NCBI RefSeq assembly: GCF_004010195.1
Contig: NC_057719.1
Location: 74,422,965 to 74,486,964, forward strand
From: Chiloscyllium plagiosum
Taxonomy: Eukaryota
Direction of reading: 5' to 3'
DNA length: 64,000 nt
Shown: piece after piece, positions 1 through 13,900 of the stretch
How positions within the stretch are numbered: the first letter of the stretch is position 1
Layout: each line of letters begins with the position of its first letter
The notes under the pieces: model-generated
Databases searched by the model: none
The model's input: the letters and a program-made list of their open reading frames with translations, nothing else
Told to the model about the DNA's origin: nothing
Made by a program: the position numbers and the translations under genes

Positions 1-81
1 GCTTATGCCCGAAACGTCAATTCTCCTGCTCCTTGGATGCTGCCTGACCTGCTGAGCTTTTCCAGCAACACATTTTTCAGC
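1..81 (+). mobile_element. Penelope-like terminal repeat fragment (family A), with the 3' half of a hammerhead; cut by the window edge
   Basis: gcttatgcccGAAACGTCaattctcctgctcc... is near-identical to the copies at 54343, 20312 and 56047. Confidence 0.8.
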
Positions 82-269
82 TTTTTTATATTAAATCCAT
101 GCTTGTCCAAATGACTGTTAATTTCTAAAATACTTCGTTACCACTAACATTAAAATAACTGACCCATACTTGCCAGATTTATCCTTTTCTTTTATTGAAA
201 AAGGTACAACGCATGCTTTCCTTCAGTTTTTCAGGAGGATTTGAAGGCTGTGGCTGACAGGAAACAGTG

Positions 270-990
270 GTCATTTTTCAGCAAACTGTCACCTGTGGAG
301 TGCAACAGACATCAGTTCTAGAGCCTCAAGCACTTACAATCTATATTAATGAACTTGATGAAACGACTTGAGAGTATCGCATTGAGGTTTGCTGATGCTA
401 ATAAGATAGTTGGGACACCAAATTGAGGAAAGGATACAGAGAGTCAAAAATGGGATATAGTTTGATTAAGTGATGGGGCAAAAATGTGTCAGATGGAGTA
501 TTTTGTGAGATTGCCCACTTTGGCAGGAAGAGTGAGAAATCAGAGAATTTGAGAGACTGCAAGCTGCTATGGTGCAGAGGGATCTGGGACACCTTGTAAC
601 TGAAGCACAAAGACAGCATGCAAGTACAGGAAATCATTAGTGAGGCAAAAGGAATGTTGGCCTTTATTGCAAGGGGGATGGAGTATCAAAGTTATATAGG
701 GCATTGGTGTGAGTGCATGAATGTCTTGTGTGCAGATTTGATATCCTTAAGAAGGTGTGGGAGACTCTTCAGAGAACGTTTACTATGCTGATTATTGGGC
801 TGAAGGTTAATGGGCCTATATTCTGCATTTAGAAGAATGTGAGATGATCTTATTGAAACATATGTTGGGGGCTTGCCAAGGTAGATGCTGTGTGAATGTT
901 TCCCCTTAAGGGACATTCTAGAATTAGGGAGCACAACTTACAAATAAAAGGTGCGACATTTAGTACATGAATTCTCTTCCATGGAGAGCA
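270..990 (+). mobile_element. Decayed CR1 LINE RT/3' fragment
   Basis: Degenerate YINELDE...FADA RT core followed by CR1 C-terminal motifs. Confidence 0.75.
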
Positions 991-1466
991 GTGTAAGGAA
1001 GTTGAGGATGATTGAGGGCTGGGTAGCAGGAAGGAAAGTAGAATTACTGCCACTAGGAGGTTAGCCATGATGGTGCAATGTGGTGGAGAAGGCTCATATG
1101 GCTGCACATGCTCCTATTATATAAACACAGTAATAATTCCTCTAGTATTGTCAAACCAGGGAGTACATTGCCTTTTGCAGCTAAAGTGCAAAAATTATTT
1201 TTTCAACTCACATTATCTGGTGTGTTTAAAACTATCCTGTCTCAGTTTAGCACTTTCATGTCTTTATCCAATGTATAGCTGAACCATAGAGACTCAAAGG
1301 CACAAGGTTCAGTCCTCAATCTGTGCTTAATTAGCTGCAGTATTATCATAGCCCATTCACATCAAACTTCATAGTAACTTCTGATCCAGCATTGCATATC
1401 TGGTACTGGGTGCTGCCTAAGATAGCTTCCTGTCTAGATGTAGCTGTCTGTCTGTCTGTCTCTTTT

Positions 1467-1472
<6 letters not shown>

Positions 1473-1503
<31 letters not shown>
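1473..1503. repeat. (TC)n microsatellite; another at 22526-22564, and (TCTAA)n at ~60660-60691
   Basis: Directly visible. Confidence 0.95.
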
Positions 1504-1506
<3 letters not shown>

Positions 1507-2309
1507 CCTGGTCATGTTTCAGGCTGTGTCAATGGCAGCCAAGTTTACTTTTTTTTTGGCAAGATTGCATGTTGCAAACAGAATGGTGTCTAAATAAGTT
1601 GAATCATTATATCATCAGTCTGAACTGATTTAAAAGCCTGAAAATAATTCAGAATAATAGTTTGCTTGTTTGATAAAGTGTTTTGGTCAAATAGCTATTG
1701 AAACCCTGGAGGCAGAACTATTTTCATTTTTGTGTGCTTCCTAATGTAGAAAAATGGTGGAGGAGGAAACAGAGAAAACTGGGTATCAAGCAAAAGAGAA
1801 AATTTAGCAAGGGTGAACTGAATGTCTGCTCATTAGTGCATGTCCTGTAGCTTTAGAAGAGGGAGGTTTCAAACTCTAGTGGCTAAAGGCATGGCATGGC
1901 TGATGAACATGTGCATGTTTTTTAGTGTGTGTGAGCATGTACGACAGACAGACACCAGGGCTGGCGTGACTACTCTGGCATGGGATTATGCTCAGCATGG
2001 ACCTGGAGTGATTGAAGGGTCTGATTATTTGCAGTATGATTCTGAGGAGAATTTGACATCTGATTGATGATTCTAAAAAGGATGTGCTGGGATGCCAGGA
2101 TCCAACATTATCTAGCATCAACATAGATTAGTGAAATCTGGTGTGAGACATGTATAGCAGAGATTAGGATGAACTGGCATCTTTCGAAGTAGGGAGGAAT
2201 AGGAGGGAGAATCATTGAGACCAAAATTGAGAAAGGTAGGTGTTTGAAGAAATGCAAATGTACTTGACATATTAACTGGCTTGCCAGTCATCTGATCTCT
2301 ACCTCTGTT

Positions 2310-3007
2310 GTAAGTGAACCTTGAAGTTCAGGTGCATGGTTCTCTGAAAGTGGAGTTACAGGTAGACAGGGCAGTTTTGGCGCACTGGCCTTTATCAATC
2401 AGGGCATTGAGTATAGAACTTGGGAACTTATGTTGCAGTTGTACAGGACGTTGGTGAGGCCGTACTTGGAGTATTGTGTTTGTTTCTGGTCACCTTGCGT
2501 TAGGGAGGATGTTATTAAACTGTATAGAGTGCAGAAGAGATTTACAAGGACGTTGTCAGGACTCAACAGTCTGAATTATAGGGAGAGGTTGGACAAAGTA
2601 GGATGTTTTCTTTAGAGTGTAGGGGACTGAGGGGGCGTTCTTATAGAAGCGTTTAAGATCCTGAGAGGCAAAGATAGGGTGAATGCACTGTCTTTTTCTC
2701 AGGTTTGGGGAATCGAGGACTGGAAGGCATCAATTTAAAGTTTGAGGGGAAAGAATAAAAGGGAACCTGAGAAGCAACTTTTTTACACAGAGAATGGTAC
2801 ACATATGGAATGAGCTGCCAGCTGAAGTGGTTGAGGCAAGTACGTTAACAAAATTTAAAAGATATTTGGACAAATACATGGATAGGAAAGGATTGGAAGG
2901 ATGTCGGCTCAGAGCAGGCAAATGCAATTAGCATTGATGGACATTTTGGTTGGCATGGTCCAGTTTGGGTCAAAGAATCTGTCTCTGTGCTGGAGGACTC
3001 TGACTCT
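2310..3007 (+). mobile_element. CR1 (HER1-like) LINE 3' fragment
   Basis: LYRTLVRPYLEYCVCFWSP...RVQKRFTR and 3' tail ending gactctgactct. Confidence 0.9.
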
Positions 3008-3579
3008 AAGTTCTTTTGTGTGCAGTCTATGGCAGTCATCCCAGATGTTGCTTATTACGTTGTGTCGGAAATGGTAAGCTGAAAATATATGGATTTACAG
3101 AGCTGTAAGTGTCAACTACTGAAGGAAACAAAAAAGAAGTTTACCTTAAAAAAAAATTAGTTTGCAGTTTTGTATTTGGGTCAAAATAGCAGATAAATCT
3201 TCTATCCCTACTTCTGCAGAAATTAAATATGAAACAGTATTGAAAATTTTTCCACACTGAGTGGTAAAACTATGAAGTAGCTGCAGAATTCAGTAAAAAC
3301 AATGAGCAAATCAGATGAGTAGCCCTGTTATAAATGCTAAACAAAGAGTCTTTCAGGCCTTACCGAATGGCAGAAAAACGAAAAAGGAGAGATTTTGCAG
3401 GCATTGAAGACACAATTTAAACCCATATCAGTATAACTTAAAAGCAGTGTGTGTTCCACATCAGAGTTCAGGTGGAGAGGGAGCTTATTGATCAGGAGGT
3501 GACTGTGCTACTATATGTTTCAGTTGTCCAAACTCTCAAGGTTTAGCGATAAGATGTTTTCAGAAACAGTTTTATCTTA

Positions 3580-4300
3580 CATAGGAGGGATTTTACTGGA
3601 CAGCAAGGAATGGGGGAAAGCAGGAAATGGATGATGGGAGAAGAGAAGGGAAGAGGATTTGGACTGAAGGGAAAGTTGGGAAAGCGGGAGGGTGCAGTGC
3701 GGGTAGGGTTGGACAGAGCAGATGGCTGAAGGGTTTTGAGAGGTGAGGGAGACGGCAGCTGGGGGATTTAGGGGTACAGGAGACACTGAGGGGAAGAGAT
3801 CATGCCAAGAACGCTGCAGAGGGAGCAGGAATTGTGTGGGAGGGTGGGGTTGGAAGTGAGGCGGGGGAATCACAAAAGGATGTGGGGAGAGGAAGCAGGG
3901 GTGGAGGGAGGGGACAGGGAGGCTGTTGGGATGAGGAGGAGGAAATGCCAAAGCAGCTGAGGTGGTGGTGGTTCCTGATTGCTAAAAAGGGAAAGGGGGG
4001 TTTTAGCAAGGGAAACGGGGTGGTCGCAGGGGGAGGGGAAGCCACATCTGTGGAGGAAGGACAGGCTGAAGATGCTTAGGGAGAGACAGGTGGTGTGCTG
4101 GAGATGTAGATGGGAAGACCACAGGGGGAAGGAGTTGGGGAGATATGAAATCCACAAGGGGAATTTGGAAGGAAATGGGTAAGCCACAAGGGGATGGGAG
4201 CAAGGAGAGAGGGACAGGGGCTGCAAGGTGAGGGGTGGATGTGGTGAGTAGACTGGAAGGTCACAAAGTTTGGGAGGGAGAGACAAGTAATATGCAGGGA
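3580..4300 (+). repeat. Purine/G-rich low-complexity tract
   Basis: About 700 bp strongly G+A-biased on the + strand with many GGG runs. Confidence 0.8.
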
Positions 4301-6327
4301 GAATAGTTTTAAACCTTTCAAACAATCTTTGAGAACTTGAAATCACTAAGAAAATCACTTCCACATGAATGTGGAATCTCTAGCTTAATGCTGCGTATAT
4401 TCAGGGGCTATGTGTTGAATACACAATGGATGCTTTAGTAATGATCAGTAAGTCAGCTGTTAAATTATTGGTAGGTGTATTAAGGTTGGTTAAAATATTG
4501 TGGATATGTGATGTGATCTCACAAATCTGCAAGTTGATAGATTTTTGTGTATTCAAGTTTACGTAAGTTATTTTTGAGGAGAAGTAATTGCCAGCTTATA
4601 ATGTGTTGTCTTCTGCCAATTTAAATCCTGTGTGTCTGTGTAATTAATGCTTCTTTGTGTGTCGGGGCTTTAAGTTTAATGGTGTTTTGTTGATTATTGA
4701 TGTTGGTATTGGTGAATTCTTCTAATTCTGCTTCCTCTTCAGTCCATTTGCAAAATATCACACAGTACATATATCAATACAGAAAGTAATGTTACCATGT
4801 GATTGCATCATTTAAAATGGAGTTAGTGAGAATGAAAAAGCAGCCCTTGAAAACCAAAAAGTAAACTTGAAGAGGAACCTTCCAATATGGATATCGTGCC
4901 CTGATGTAGCTTTTACCTCCACTGTAAATGCGTTGGTGTGGTAGCCAATAAAGACATCGCTTGAATCAGTAGGAGTGAAGTTTTGGTGTTGATCTCCCAC
5001 CTGACTACGCAACAAATGTTTTCTAATTAACTTGTTCAGAGATGCTATTACTCACCTCTGGAGCATGTGGAGCTTGAACCTTGAGCCAGCCTCCTTACTG
5101 AGAGCAAATTAATTTGAATAGAACAAATTAATGACCTATTCTTTTTGTATTTTTTTAGAGAAGTTAATTGGGTAGTTTTCTAACAATTGGTAAACATATA
5201 ACGAAATAGTGCCAGAAGGTTGGATTCAAGGGAATCAAGTCCCATTGGCCCCAGATGTGTGTCATATTGAGGTGATTATAACAGTATATACAAGTCCGAT
5301 TTAGTCAGCAATGATAGTATAGTGGTGACCATTGCTGCCTTCTGAGCAGGTTGACCTAATTCAATTCCTGACCATCACAGGTTGTGAATTTTAAGGACTT
5401 TTGTGGAATAGTAGTAGTGAGCTAGAAGAAGGCCTATGTTCAAGCCTCCCTTGCTTCAGAGGAGTGTCATCACAAAAGGTGGATTAAAAATATCTGTAAC
5501 AAAGTAGCTTTGAGGACTCTTCTGGATCAGTGATACTGTCTGCATTTCTGGGCCAGGAGACCTGGTCGAGAGGTGTTACAGAAGTTAGAAATTTTTATTT
5601 ATCCTTTTAAGTGCTAATTGCGACCCAAAATCTGAAATGCATTGGTATTCTAATCTTGATAACCGACCAGCCTCCTATAATTTCATCTAAACTTAGTTCA
5701 TTTGGGAGTTAGATCAGCCCTGCATTGGGAATTTACGTTTCCTAACCAGGAATGTGGGCTGCAATAAACGCAGTGTACTAATTTACTTTCTCTGGCTCCA
5801 GGTAGTTGACAGCTTGATGAAGCATACACGGCAGGATTTGGTGTGGAATGCTGTCAATTTGTTTCCTTTGGCGTTATACCTCCTGGACTTAAAGTCCCCT
5901 ACTGTAGTAGCTGCTGCTTCAATGGATTTCCAGAAGGTTTTTTTAATGATAGATTCTTAGCAAAAATAAAGCACACAAAATCGAAGGGTAATATGGGTCA
6001 GTGATTATTTGGAAGGTAGGAAGCAAAATGTAGGAAAAGGGATCTATGAAGAGCAAGGAAAGCATGAGAAAGAGATATATTTTGTTCAGAAGAATATAAC
6101 AAGTCCCAGGAATCTATACTGAGAATATAGCTTTTCTCTATATCTATCGATTAGTTGGGTAAAGAGGGGCTTGTAGAAATTCAAGTTGGCAGGTGACACT
6201 AGGTTGGCAGACATGATGGGAACATGATTGCATGAATAGTCAAAATGAGCTGATTTCAGTTTATTAGTGGCTGTTGTGAAGTCATCCACCTCGTTCCAGG
6301 AAACGCACATCTGAATTTTTTTTTCTG

Positions 6328-6441
6328 GGGCCCTCTTGTGGAACAGTGGTAGTGTCCTTACCCCTTAACTGGAAGGTCCAGGTTCAAGTCTCATTTGCTG
6401 TTAGAGGTGTGATAACCTCTCTGAGCAGGTAGATTAGAAAA
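6328..6441 (+). mobile_element. Short (~110 bp) tRNA-headed SINE; copies ~5020-5085 (-) and ~23487-23596 (-)
   Basis: ctcttgtgg..cagtggtagtgtcc...ggttcaagtc...gattagaaaa repeated within the window. Confidence 0.65.
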
Positions 6442-6934
6442 GTAGGTTAAATAAAAAGTTGCTATCAGGAGATTAAGAACCGTGGAGGAACAAATGGTCT
6501 CGTCTTTGAGTTTTGTATTATTGGTGAGCAGGTACAAAAATCTAAAAAAATGGCTGATGGAATTTGAAGCCTATTGCTTAGATTTCTGTTTGGTAAGCAT
6601 AGCTAGAACTGTCGGTCCTGGGCAGGTGAATGGACTTTGAAATAAAGGTGAACTATATATGACCTAATTGAAAATGTTCCAGGGCTGAGTAGGTTATTTT
6701 TACTCCACTGTTGATCAAGTGTTTAGCCCCAAAGGATTTCATGCAACACTTAAATTTCAAAGCTTTTGGGAAAAACTCTTCAGCCTTTATCTTCTACTCT
6801 CCTTTTTCCAATGGATTTCTACTGACCACCTTCAGTGCTTTAACACCAGCGATAAGAATTTAGTTTGTGTATATTTTGTGCCACAGGACTAGAGGTGAGC
6901 ACTACTTGTACCTGCTCAGATGTAGTTCGTAATG

Positions 6935-7990
6935 CAGGGAATACAAAACTTGGCATATATGGGAAAAGACTTGGACGGGAAGAATATTATTTAAATGGGG
7001 AAGAATGTAGAAAACCTGCAGCACAGAGGCTGCATTTGGGGATCCAAAACATGAGTTGCAAAAAGCTAGAATGCAGGAATGTTGGCTTTTATTTCCAAGA
7101 GAATGAGAAATAAAAATAGTGGCACAAAACGGTGGCACAGTGGTTAGCACTGCTGCCTCGCAGCGCCAGAGACCCGGGTTCAATTCCCGCCTCAGGCGAC
7201 TGTGTGGAGTTTGCACATTCTCCCCGTGTCTGCGTGGGTTTCCTCCGGGTGCTCCAGTTTCCTCCCACAGTCCAAAGATGTGCAGGTCAGGTGAATTGGC
7301 CATGTTAAATTGTCCGTAGTGTTAGGTAAGGGGTAAATGTAGGGGTATGGGTGGGTTGCGCTTCAGCGGGTCGGTGTGGACTTGTTGGGCCGAAGGGCCT
7401 GTTTCCACACTGTAAAGTAATCTAATAATCTAATCTGTAAAGTAATCTAATAATCTAGAGAGGTCTTGCTAAACTATGTAAAGCATTAGTCAGACCACAA
7501 CTCGAACAGTTTTAGTCTCCTTATCTTAGGAAAGATGGAATGGCAATGGAGGCAGTCCAGAGAAGGCTCCCCAAGTTGATCCCTGGTGTTATAAGTAGAG
7601 GTTGAGTCCATTGGGCCTGTACTCTTTGGAGTTTAGAATAATGAGAGGAGAACCTATTGAAAAGTATCAGAATCTTAGGGGGCTTGACAGGGTAGGTGCA
7701 GAGAAATTGTTTCCCCATGACCAGTGGGTATAATCTCAAATTAACGTCATAGATAAGGAGTAAATTTGTCTGCAGGTTGTAAATCTGTGGAATTATTTAC
7801 TATAGGAGGTCTTTGAGGCTGGGTCATTAAATATATCCAAAGTTGAGATAGATTTCACATCTTTAAGGGATTCAAGGTTTATAGGGATAAAGTTGGAAAG
7901 TGGAATTGAAGACATTCAGATTGTCCAAGATCTCATTGAATGGCACTGACTTGATTCTGAATGACTGACATCTGCTTCTGTGTTTTATGG
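6935..7990 (+). mobile_element. CR1 3' fragment interrupted by the HE1 SINE
   Basis: CR1 C-terminal motifs on both sides of 7121-7457; similar short fragments at ~5900-6220, ~14590-14950, ~34310-34745. Confidence 0.75.
7121..7457 (+). mobile_element. HE1-type tRNA-derived V-SINE, full length, inserted in a CR1 fragment
   Basis: Head ggcacagtggttagcactgctgcctc...gggttcaattccc; core tgtgtggagtttgcacattctccccgtgtctgcgtgggtttcc; (taatc)n tail. Confidence 0.9.
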
Positions 7991-8027
7991 CCTGCACTGC
8001 ATGCTCCATCTTAAAGTTGTAAGTAGA

Positions 8028-8236
8028 GGTAAAGTTGCTTTAGTCACCATACCATAGAGCTGTTCTCTCATCTGAGAGAGATGATCGGTTGTGATTTAAC
8101 CTGAGGGTCACCACGCTTCAGGCGAGAGAAGAGGTTGTGAAGGAGAATCCTGTGGTAACCTCAGCTGATATGGGAGTTGAACCCACGCTGTTGGCATTAT
8201 TCTGATTTGCAGACTAACTGTCCATCCAACTGAGCA
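8028..8236 (-). mobile_element. tRNA-headed SINE-like element abutting the palindrome
   Basis: Minus strand gctcagttggatggacag...gtgggttcaactccc shows A/B-box-like motifs. Confidence 0.5.
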
Positions 8237-8238
8237 AG

Positions 8239-8665
8239 TCATGGTGACGAAACGTCAGAAAACAAACCTTCCAGCTCAGTGAGCTAACTTACTTATTGAC
8301 CTGAGCTACAAATCTTCTCAAAAACTGCAAGCTAGATTTGTTCGTTATGAAATATTGCAGTCAATACATTCATAGGGATTTATTTGGATTTAGTACAGTG
8401 GAGGAACCAGCCATCGTTGCTGACACCAGCTGAGGTATACCTTTTGGGTGGGTATACTCCAAAGGTATGCCTCAGCTGATGTCAGCAACGATGGCTGGTT
8501 CTTCCATGGTGCTAAATCCAAATAAATCCCTATGAATGTATTGACTGCAATATTTCATAATGAACAAATCTTGCTTGCAGTTTTTGAGAAGATTTGTAGC
8601 TCAGGTTGATGATAGGTTAGCTCGCTGAGCTTGAAGGTTTGTTTTCAGATGTTTCATCACCATGA
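8239..8665. repeat. Near-perfect fold-back palindrome (~210-bp arms, ~11-bp loop); outer ~90 bp are PLE-like terminus (family C)
   Basis: 8239-8447 is the reverse complement of 8459-8665 at roughly 90% identity by eye. Confidence 0.93.
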
Positions 8666-10784
8666 GTAGGTAACATCATCAATGAGAGTCTCCAGTGAAT
8701 CTTGCCCTTCAAAAGCATTGTGCCCACCTGTCCAAATGTTTCTTGGTAAGTAGAGTATAATTTATTACCTCCTTAAATAGAATATTAAGTAAAAGGAATC
8801 ATCACCATACTTGGGGCTTGAGATCATGAATGGAATGAAAGCCCATTATCTAAAGATTGATCCAGCTGCACTGTACAGGAACTTGCCCAATGCCTTGCTA
8901 ACTCTGGTGATAGCAGCTCAATTCACTGTCTGAAACTTTTCAAGCTGCTGAGTGGACTTGCACAATCTCCCTGATGACTTTCTAGGAGTTACAGAGAGGA
9001 AATTAACACGTTTACATGGAACAGCAAGTAAATTGAGTAAATTTCATAGTCACTGCTAAATACTATTTAATACGCACTTGGCAGAACAAAGCATTCACAC
9101 CACATGTTTGCACTGGAAACATTTATCCCAGAAGTACATTTTAGGTGTTTAGTTGAAAATTAAATGCAGCCAATGACAAGTGGTAACTTGTTGAGTTTAA
9201 TCCCGTTGCTTTCTCTGGAAAGTCAGAATATTGATTTTCATACCTGGAGATCAATTTCAGATTGGTCTTCCTAGATTGGATTGGATATGCTTGTTGGTTT
9301 GGAGTGTGTTGAACCCTGCTGGTAGCACAATAAACTTCTCTTTAAGACCTCACTTTAATCTACAAATCTCAAGACTAAACTTGCAGTTGGTTTTCTGTTA
9401 CCAGATGTAGTCTGGTAAATACGTAGAAACTGGTTTTGATGTGTGTGTGTGGTTCACAGGTTTGGTAGCTGTCCATCTAAGGCACCACAGACCCGCAATG
9501 ATTTTCCATGTTATTCTTCAGTTGCATGTGATGGGCATGCAGCAAATATTCAAAGTGTACACCATGGGTAGCTTTCCTTCTGGGTATAGGAAGCCAGATG
9601 CTACTCCATCATCTTAAACCAAGGCTACTAAGAGAAGCCAGAATCATTGCTGGCATTTTCATCATATGGCATGTCACTCTAACAGGTCATTTCCCATACT
9701 CGCTGTAATGGCTTTATGGCAACTCCTGCCTCACTCTAGACTGCCTTTGCACAACAATTGAAAGCTAACAGAGATTGGATGACCTTTGAATTGAAATGAT
9801 ATCCTCATTTCAAATGTTTTGTAGAATTAATAGTTAAAAGTGGTTAAAGCTAGTGAAGAAACATTTATTCTTAATACTTAGATAATTTTTCTCATGAATT
9901 GCTTGCAGCTGTTTCCCGGAGGTTTGGTAACTTTGTCTTGAGGCAATTAAAATGGCTAGCAGCCGACTGTAACATCATGACTTAAGAAGTGGAGAAGGGT
10001 ATCTGAAGTATTGAAGGTTCTCTAAAACGGCAGTGGAGACCATGATGGTGCAAATTGGGATTTTTTCATGATGCGTTCATTGGTAACTATTTATACCACA
10101 CAGGCAAGTATAGAAGCTGTACCTATGTACACCAAAACCTAGCGATATTGATGTAATGAACTTATGAAAAGTAGGCATGCATCTTCTTATGAATGTACTG
10201 CAGCAACATATAACCTTCTCTCCATCTCTATATATTTGGCATTTGCTTGTTCCCCAGCACATCTCTCTTGCCTCCCCCCAACTATATTGACCCATTATTG
10301 AAAAATAAACACTTGTTGTGACTACTTTCTGCTTATCACTAAACTCTTAAAAGTTGTTCCTGTCCCTCCACTATTGTAATCATGCACACTGTGATAAATA
10401 GTCTAATGAATGGTGATGGCTAAAAGCCTTTTCTCTGGAGACAAATATTTCGCCTTTTCCACTGTTTGTGTAATAAGGAAGCAAGCTGCAGATAATTCTT
10501 GCGGAAAAGATTGGTAAGAGAATCTTGAACGACGACAGTAGATAATAAGGTTCAGGACAGTTCCCACTAGATGGTGTGTGAACAGGTATCTGTTTTGTTG
10601 CCTTGTCCTTCACATCAGGTGCTCTGGCTTACTTACTGAGCGTGACCACCTGTTAGACATAATGCTGACAACAATGGAACACGTCTTGCAAGGCAAAATG
10701 CATCTGACCCCCTTCTACTTTCTCCTATCCTGTCACCACTCATTGTGAAGACGTAGTTGTTGAAGTCGTGCTACTGTCACTTTG

Positions 10785-10940
10785 CCGTAGTTGTGGGTAT
10801 GTTCGCCGAGCTGGGAAATTGATCTGCAGACATTTTGTCCCCTGTCTACTTGATGTCTTCAGTGCTATGGAGCCTCCTGTGAGGTTCTTCTGTACTGCAT
10901 CTTCTGGAATTTATTTAGTTCTCTTCCTGCTGCTGCTTCT
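10785..10940 (-). mobile_element. Decayed PLE-like terminal fragment (family C-like) with degenerate hammerhead
   Basis: Minus strand reads CTGAAGAcatc...gacAAAATGTCtgcag...cccagctcggcgaac, similar to the outer arms of the 8239 palindrome. Confidence 0.55.
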
Positions 10941-13900
10941 GTCACTTTTTCTAATAGATCAATCATTTTCATCTTTTGGGTGTTTCAGACAGTGACTTTG
11001 AGAGGCATGCATTCACTGATGTGTCAAACATGAGTCGTCTTCTTTAGTTAATGTTGTGGGATCTATGTCTAACAGAACATAGAAGCAGGATTTATAATCT
11101 AGTCTGAAACATGATACATTCCAAAATGCAGAAATCTTTCAGGATTGGATTGGATTTTTGACCGAAATTTTGTCCACTACTCTGCAGTGAGGTTTGATCT
11201 TTCACTTAAGGCACGACAGTACTACCAACTGAGTCAAATTGACGTAACTTTGAAGAGATTTTCGAAGGTATAATCTACAGAAGTAGATGAAGTTGGAGAA
11301 ACAATTGCAGAGTATAGCTGCATGATTCAGAAGGCAGTCAAACTAAGGAGAGTGCTGTGTTGGTTCTATTCTGAATAGTGTAGAATGCAAACAGTGCACA
11401 GTCAGGTGGTACGAGGAAGGATTTGAAGCTGATGATTATAGATTCAATATAGTGTGGAGTAGGAGCCAAACAAGGTATAGAGATATTTAATTTAACAGAA
11501 CTGCGAGGGTAACGGTTGAATTTAGGTGAGTTTCTTTTAATGAAGCATAGAGCTATACTGTCCAGGGAAGAGAATCGGAAAAGTTGTACCTGAACATGAT
11601 CAAGTTCTTTTCATTGCAACAGCAACTTTCACCTGGTGAAAATAATTATAAAATATGTAAAATGTTGGCATAGTATGAGACCTCTCTACAATGTTGTTTT
11701 TGCATGTTATGTAGATTTTGGGAAAGAAAGGTATCAGTTTCAGAAACTTGCTCAAAACACATCCCATTTGATATACGGTATGAAAATATATTTTATAGCG
11801 AATTTGTTTTTATCATGTAAGCATATAATTGTTTAACATCTTGGTGTAAAAGATTGGCTGCCATATGAATGACAGAGCTGTAAAGCTGCTTAAGATTTGC
11901 CCTAACATCATCTCATTGTACTTTTCAAAAGCTGTTTGGTAAAGTTTATATAATGAAATACAGTTTCATTTCTGTTAGTCAGTTGTATACATTCAAGTGT
12001 TGAGCAATCTTTTAAATATATGTGATGCATGATTAAAATTGTGTTACTTTGGCATTTTAAAAATTACTTAAAGTATTAATTATTCTCATTCTCCTTTGCT
12101 TCCTGTTCTATCCAAAATAATAAAATTAATCTCAAAGCCCTCCTCATTATTAAATAGACTCAAATTACTTGTTTAAACAATATCAAAAACAATGTTTAAT
12201 GCCTTTCCACGGATTGGTTTACTTGCACAGAATGCATACTTCTGAGATGTAGTGTGAATTCTATGTGAAAGAGAGTTGAATGGAGTGGTTTTTGATTTGT
12301 CTAAGCAATGACCAAGCTCTACTTTTCCTACAAATAGAATACGCCTCTATTTAAAAGCTGAGAGCACCTTGAACTTTATATTTAAGGTATCCAGGCGATG
12401 GAGTGAGTGATATCTTGTTCTGTTTTTAATCAGATTAACCTGCTATTCTTTATTGTTAACTTCACTTGGTTACTGAGTGATTTCGCAAATCTCCTGTTCT
12501 GATTGACCCTACTCGAAGCCAACTTGAGCCTCAAGCAAACACTTTGGAGGAGCAGGAGAAAGCAAATCCGCAGCAGCAGCTTCTATTTAATTTCTTTAAA
12601 ATAGTGAAATGGTTACAATATTGTGTCCAGTTTTCAGAGCCATCTTCCATGTCTTCCCTATGAAACCCTTTCATAATCTTGAGGAGCACTGGTTACCCCT
12701 CAGTCTTCCACATTTCAGGAAAACAGTTCTGACCTGTTTAGCTTTTCTTGATGACTTTAATACTTCAGTTCTGGTATCATTCCAGTTTTTTTTTTAACGT
12801 AACTTCTCTGCTTTTCAATTCTATCCTAGAAATTAATCTCCTTGTCTTTTTTTAATAAATCTCCTTATTAGCCTGTACCACTCAAGTTAATGATTTATGT
12901 ATCTTGACTGCCAATTCCTTCTGTTCTGTCCCTCCTTTTTAGAAACTGATTTTCCGAAACATATATGGCCCATTATTCTTCATACCAACATGTACTTCCT
13001 TACACTTAGTTATACTGAAATTAATTTTCCAGTTAGACACCTATTCTTCAAGTAGATTAACAGCTTCTTCTATTTTTGTCATATTTTTGTTCTGTTAGCT
13101 GTATTCATCCAACTTGGTGTTATTTACAATTTTTCTTCTTTAAAGGGATTATTCATTAATGGGATGTGAGTGTCCTGGATAAGCATTTGTAGCACATCCC
13201 TAATTGCCCTTGAGAGGTCTCCTGGCCGTTTCAGAGTCAAGAATCAACCACATTGCAATGGATCTGGAATCACACATAGGTTAGACCAAGAAAGGATGGC
13301 AGATGTTCTCTAAAGGGAGGGAGGTTGGGTTTTTGCCGTGACCAGTGATAGTTGTCATAGTCATTATTACAGAGATGAGCTTTATATTCCACATTAATTA
13401 ATTGAATCTAAATTTTGATACTGCTGGGATGGGATTTCAGCCCGTGCTTCTATAGAGCTTTGGGTTATTTGTCCAGTGACGTTCTGTTTCACCACAGCCT
13501 CCCCTCCATTTAAAATTGTGCTTTAATTCTCGAGTCTAAAAAATTCATGTAAGTGATTTGCATCAGTGAGCAACTGTGATCCTAGCACAATTGTTGCACA
13601 TCAATACTTCAAACTTTCTACCACTCTGAATAGCTACCTTTCACCCTTAGTCTGTTTTCTGTTTTAGAGCTAGTGTGTTATGCATTCTCCTACTTGTTCC
13701 CTGACTTCGCATGCTCTGACCTTAATAATGAGTCTATAATGCAGCCTTTTGGAAATCCAAATATAATGAGTCTATTCTTTCTGTTCTTAAAAGAATATTA
13801 TGTAAGTGTTGGCCATTAGGAAGGGACCTGATTCAATGACTAAGAAATAAACTGTTCCCACTAGTCAATGAGCCAGTAACGAGCAGAAATTTAATGAGAT

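Noticed and set aside
3577..4364. Cluster of Pro-rich and Gly-rich ORFs
   Set aside because: By-product of the purine-skewed low-complexity tract; no recognisable domain.
7121..7200. tRNA gene
   Set aside because: A/B boxes are the head of an HE1-type SINE and run into the V-core; the same applies to the other SINE heads.
9655..9745. Possible structured small RNA or snoRNA
   Set aside because: No convincing box motifs or family recognition; would need an Rfam scan.
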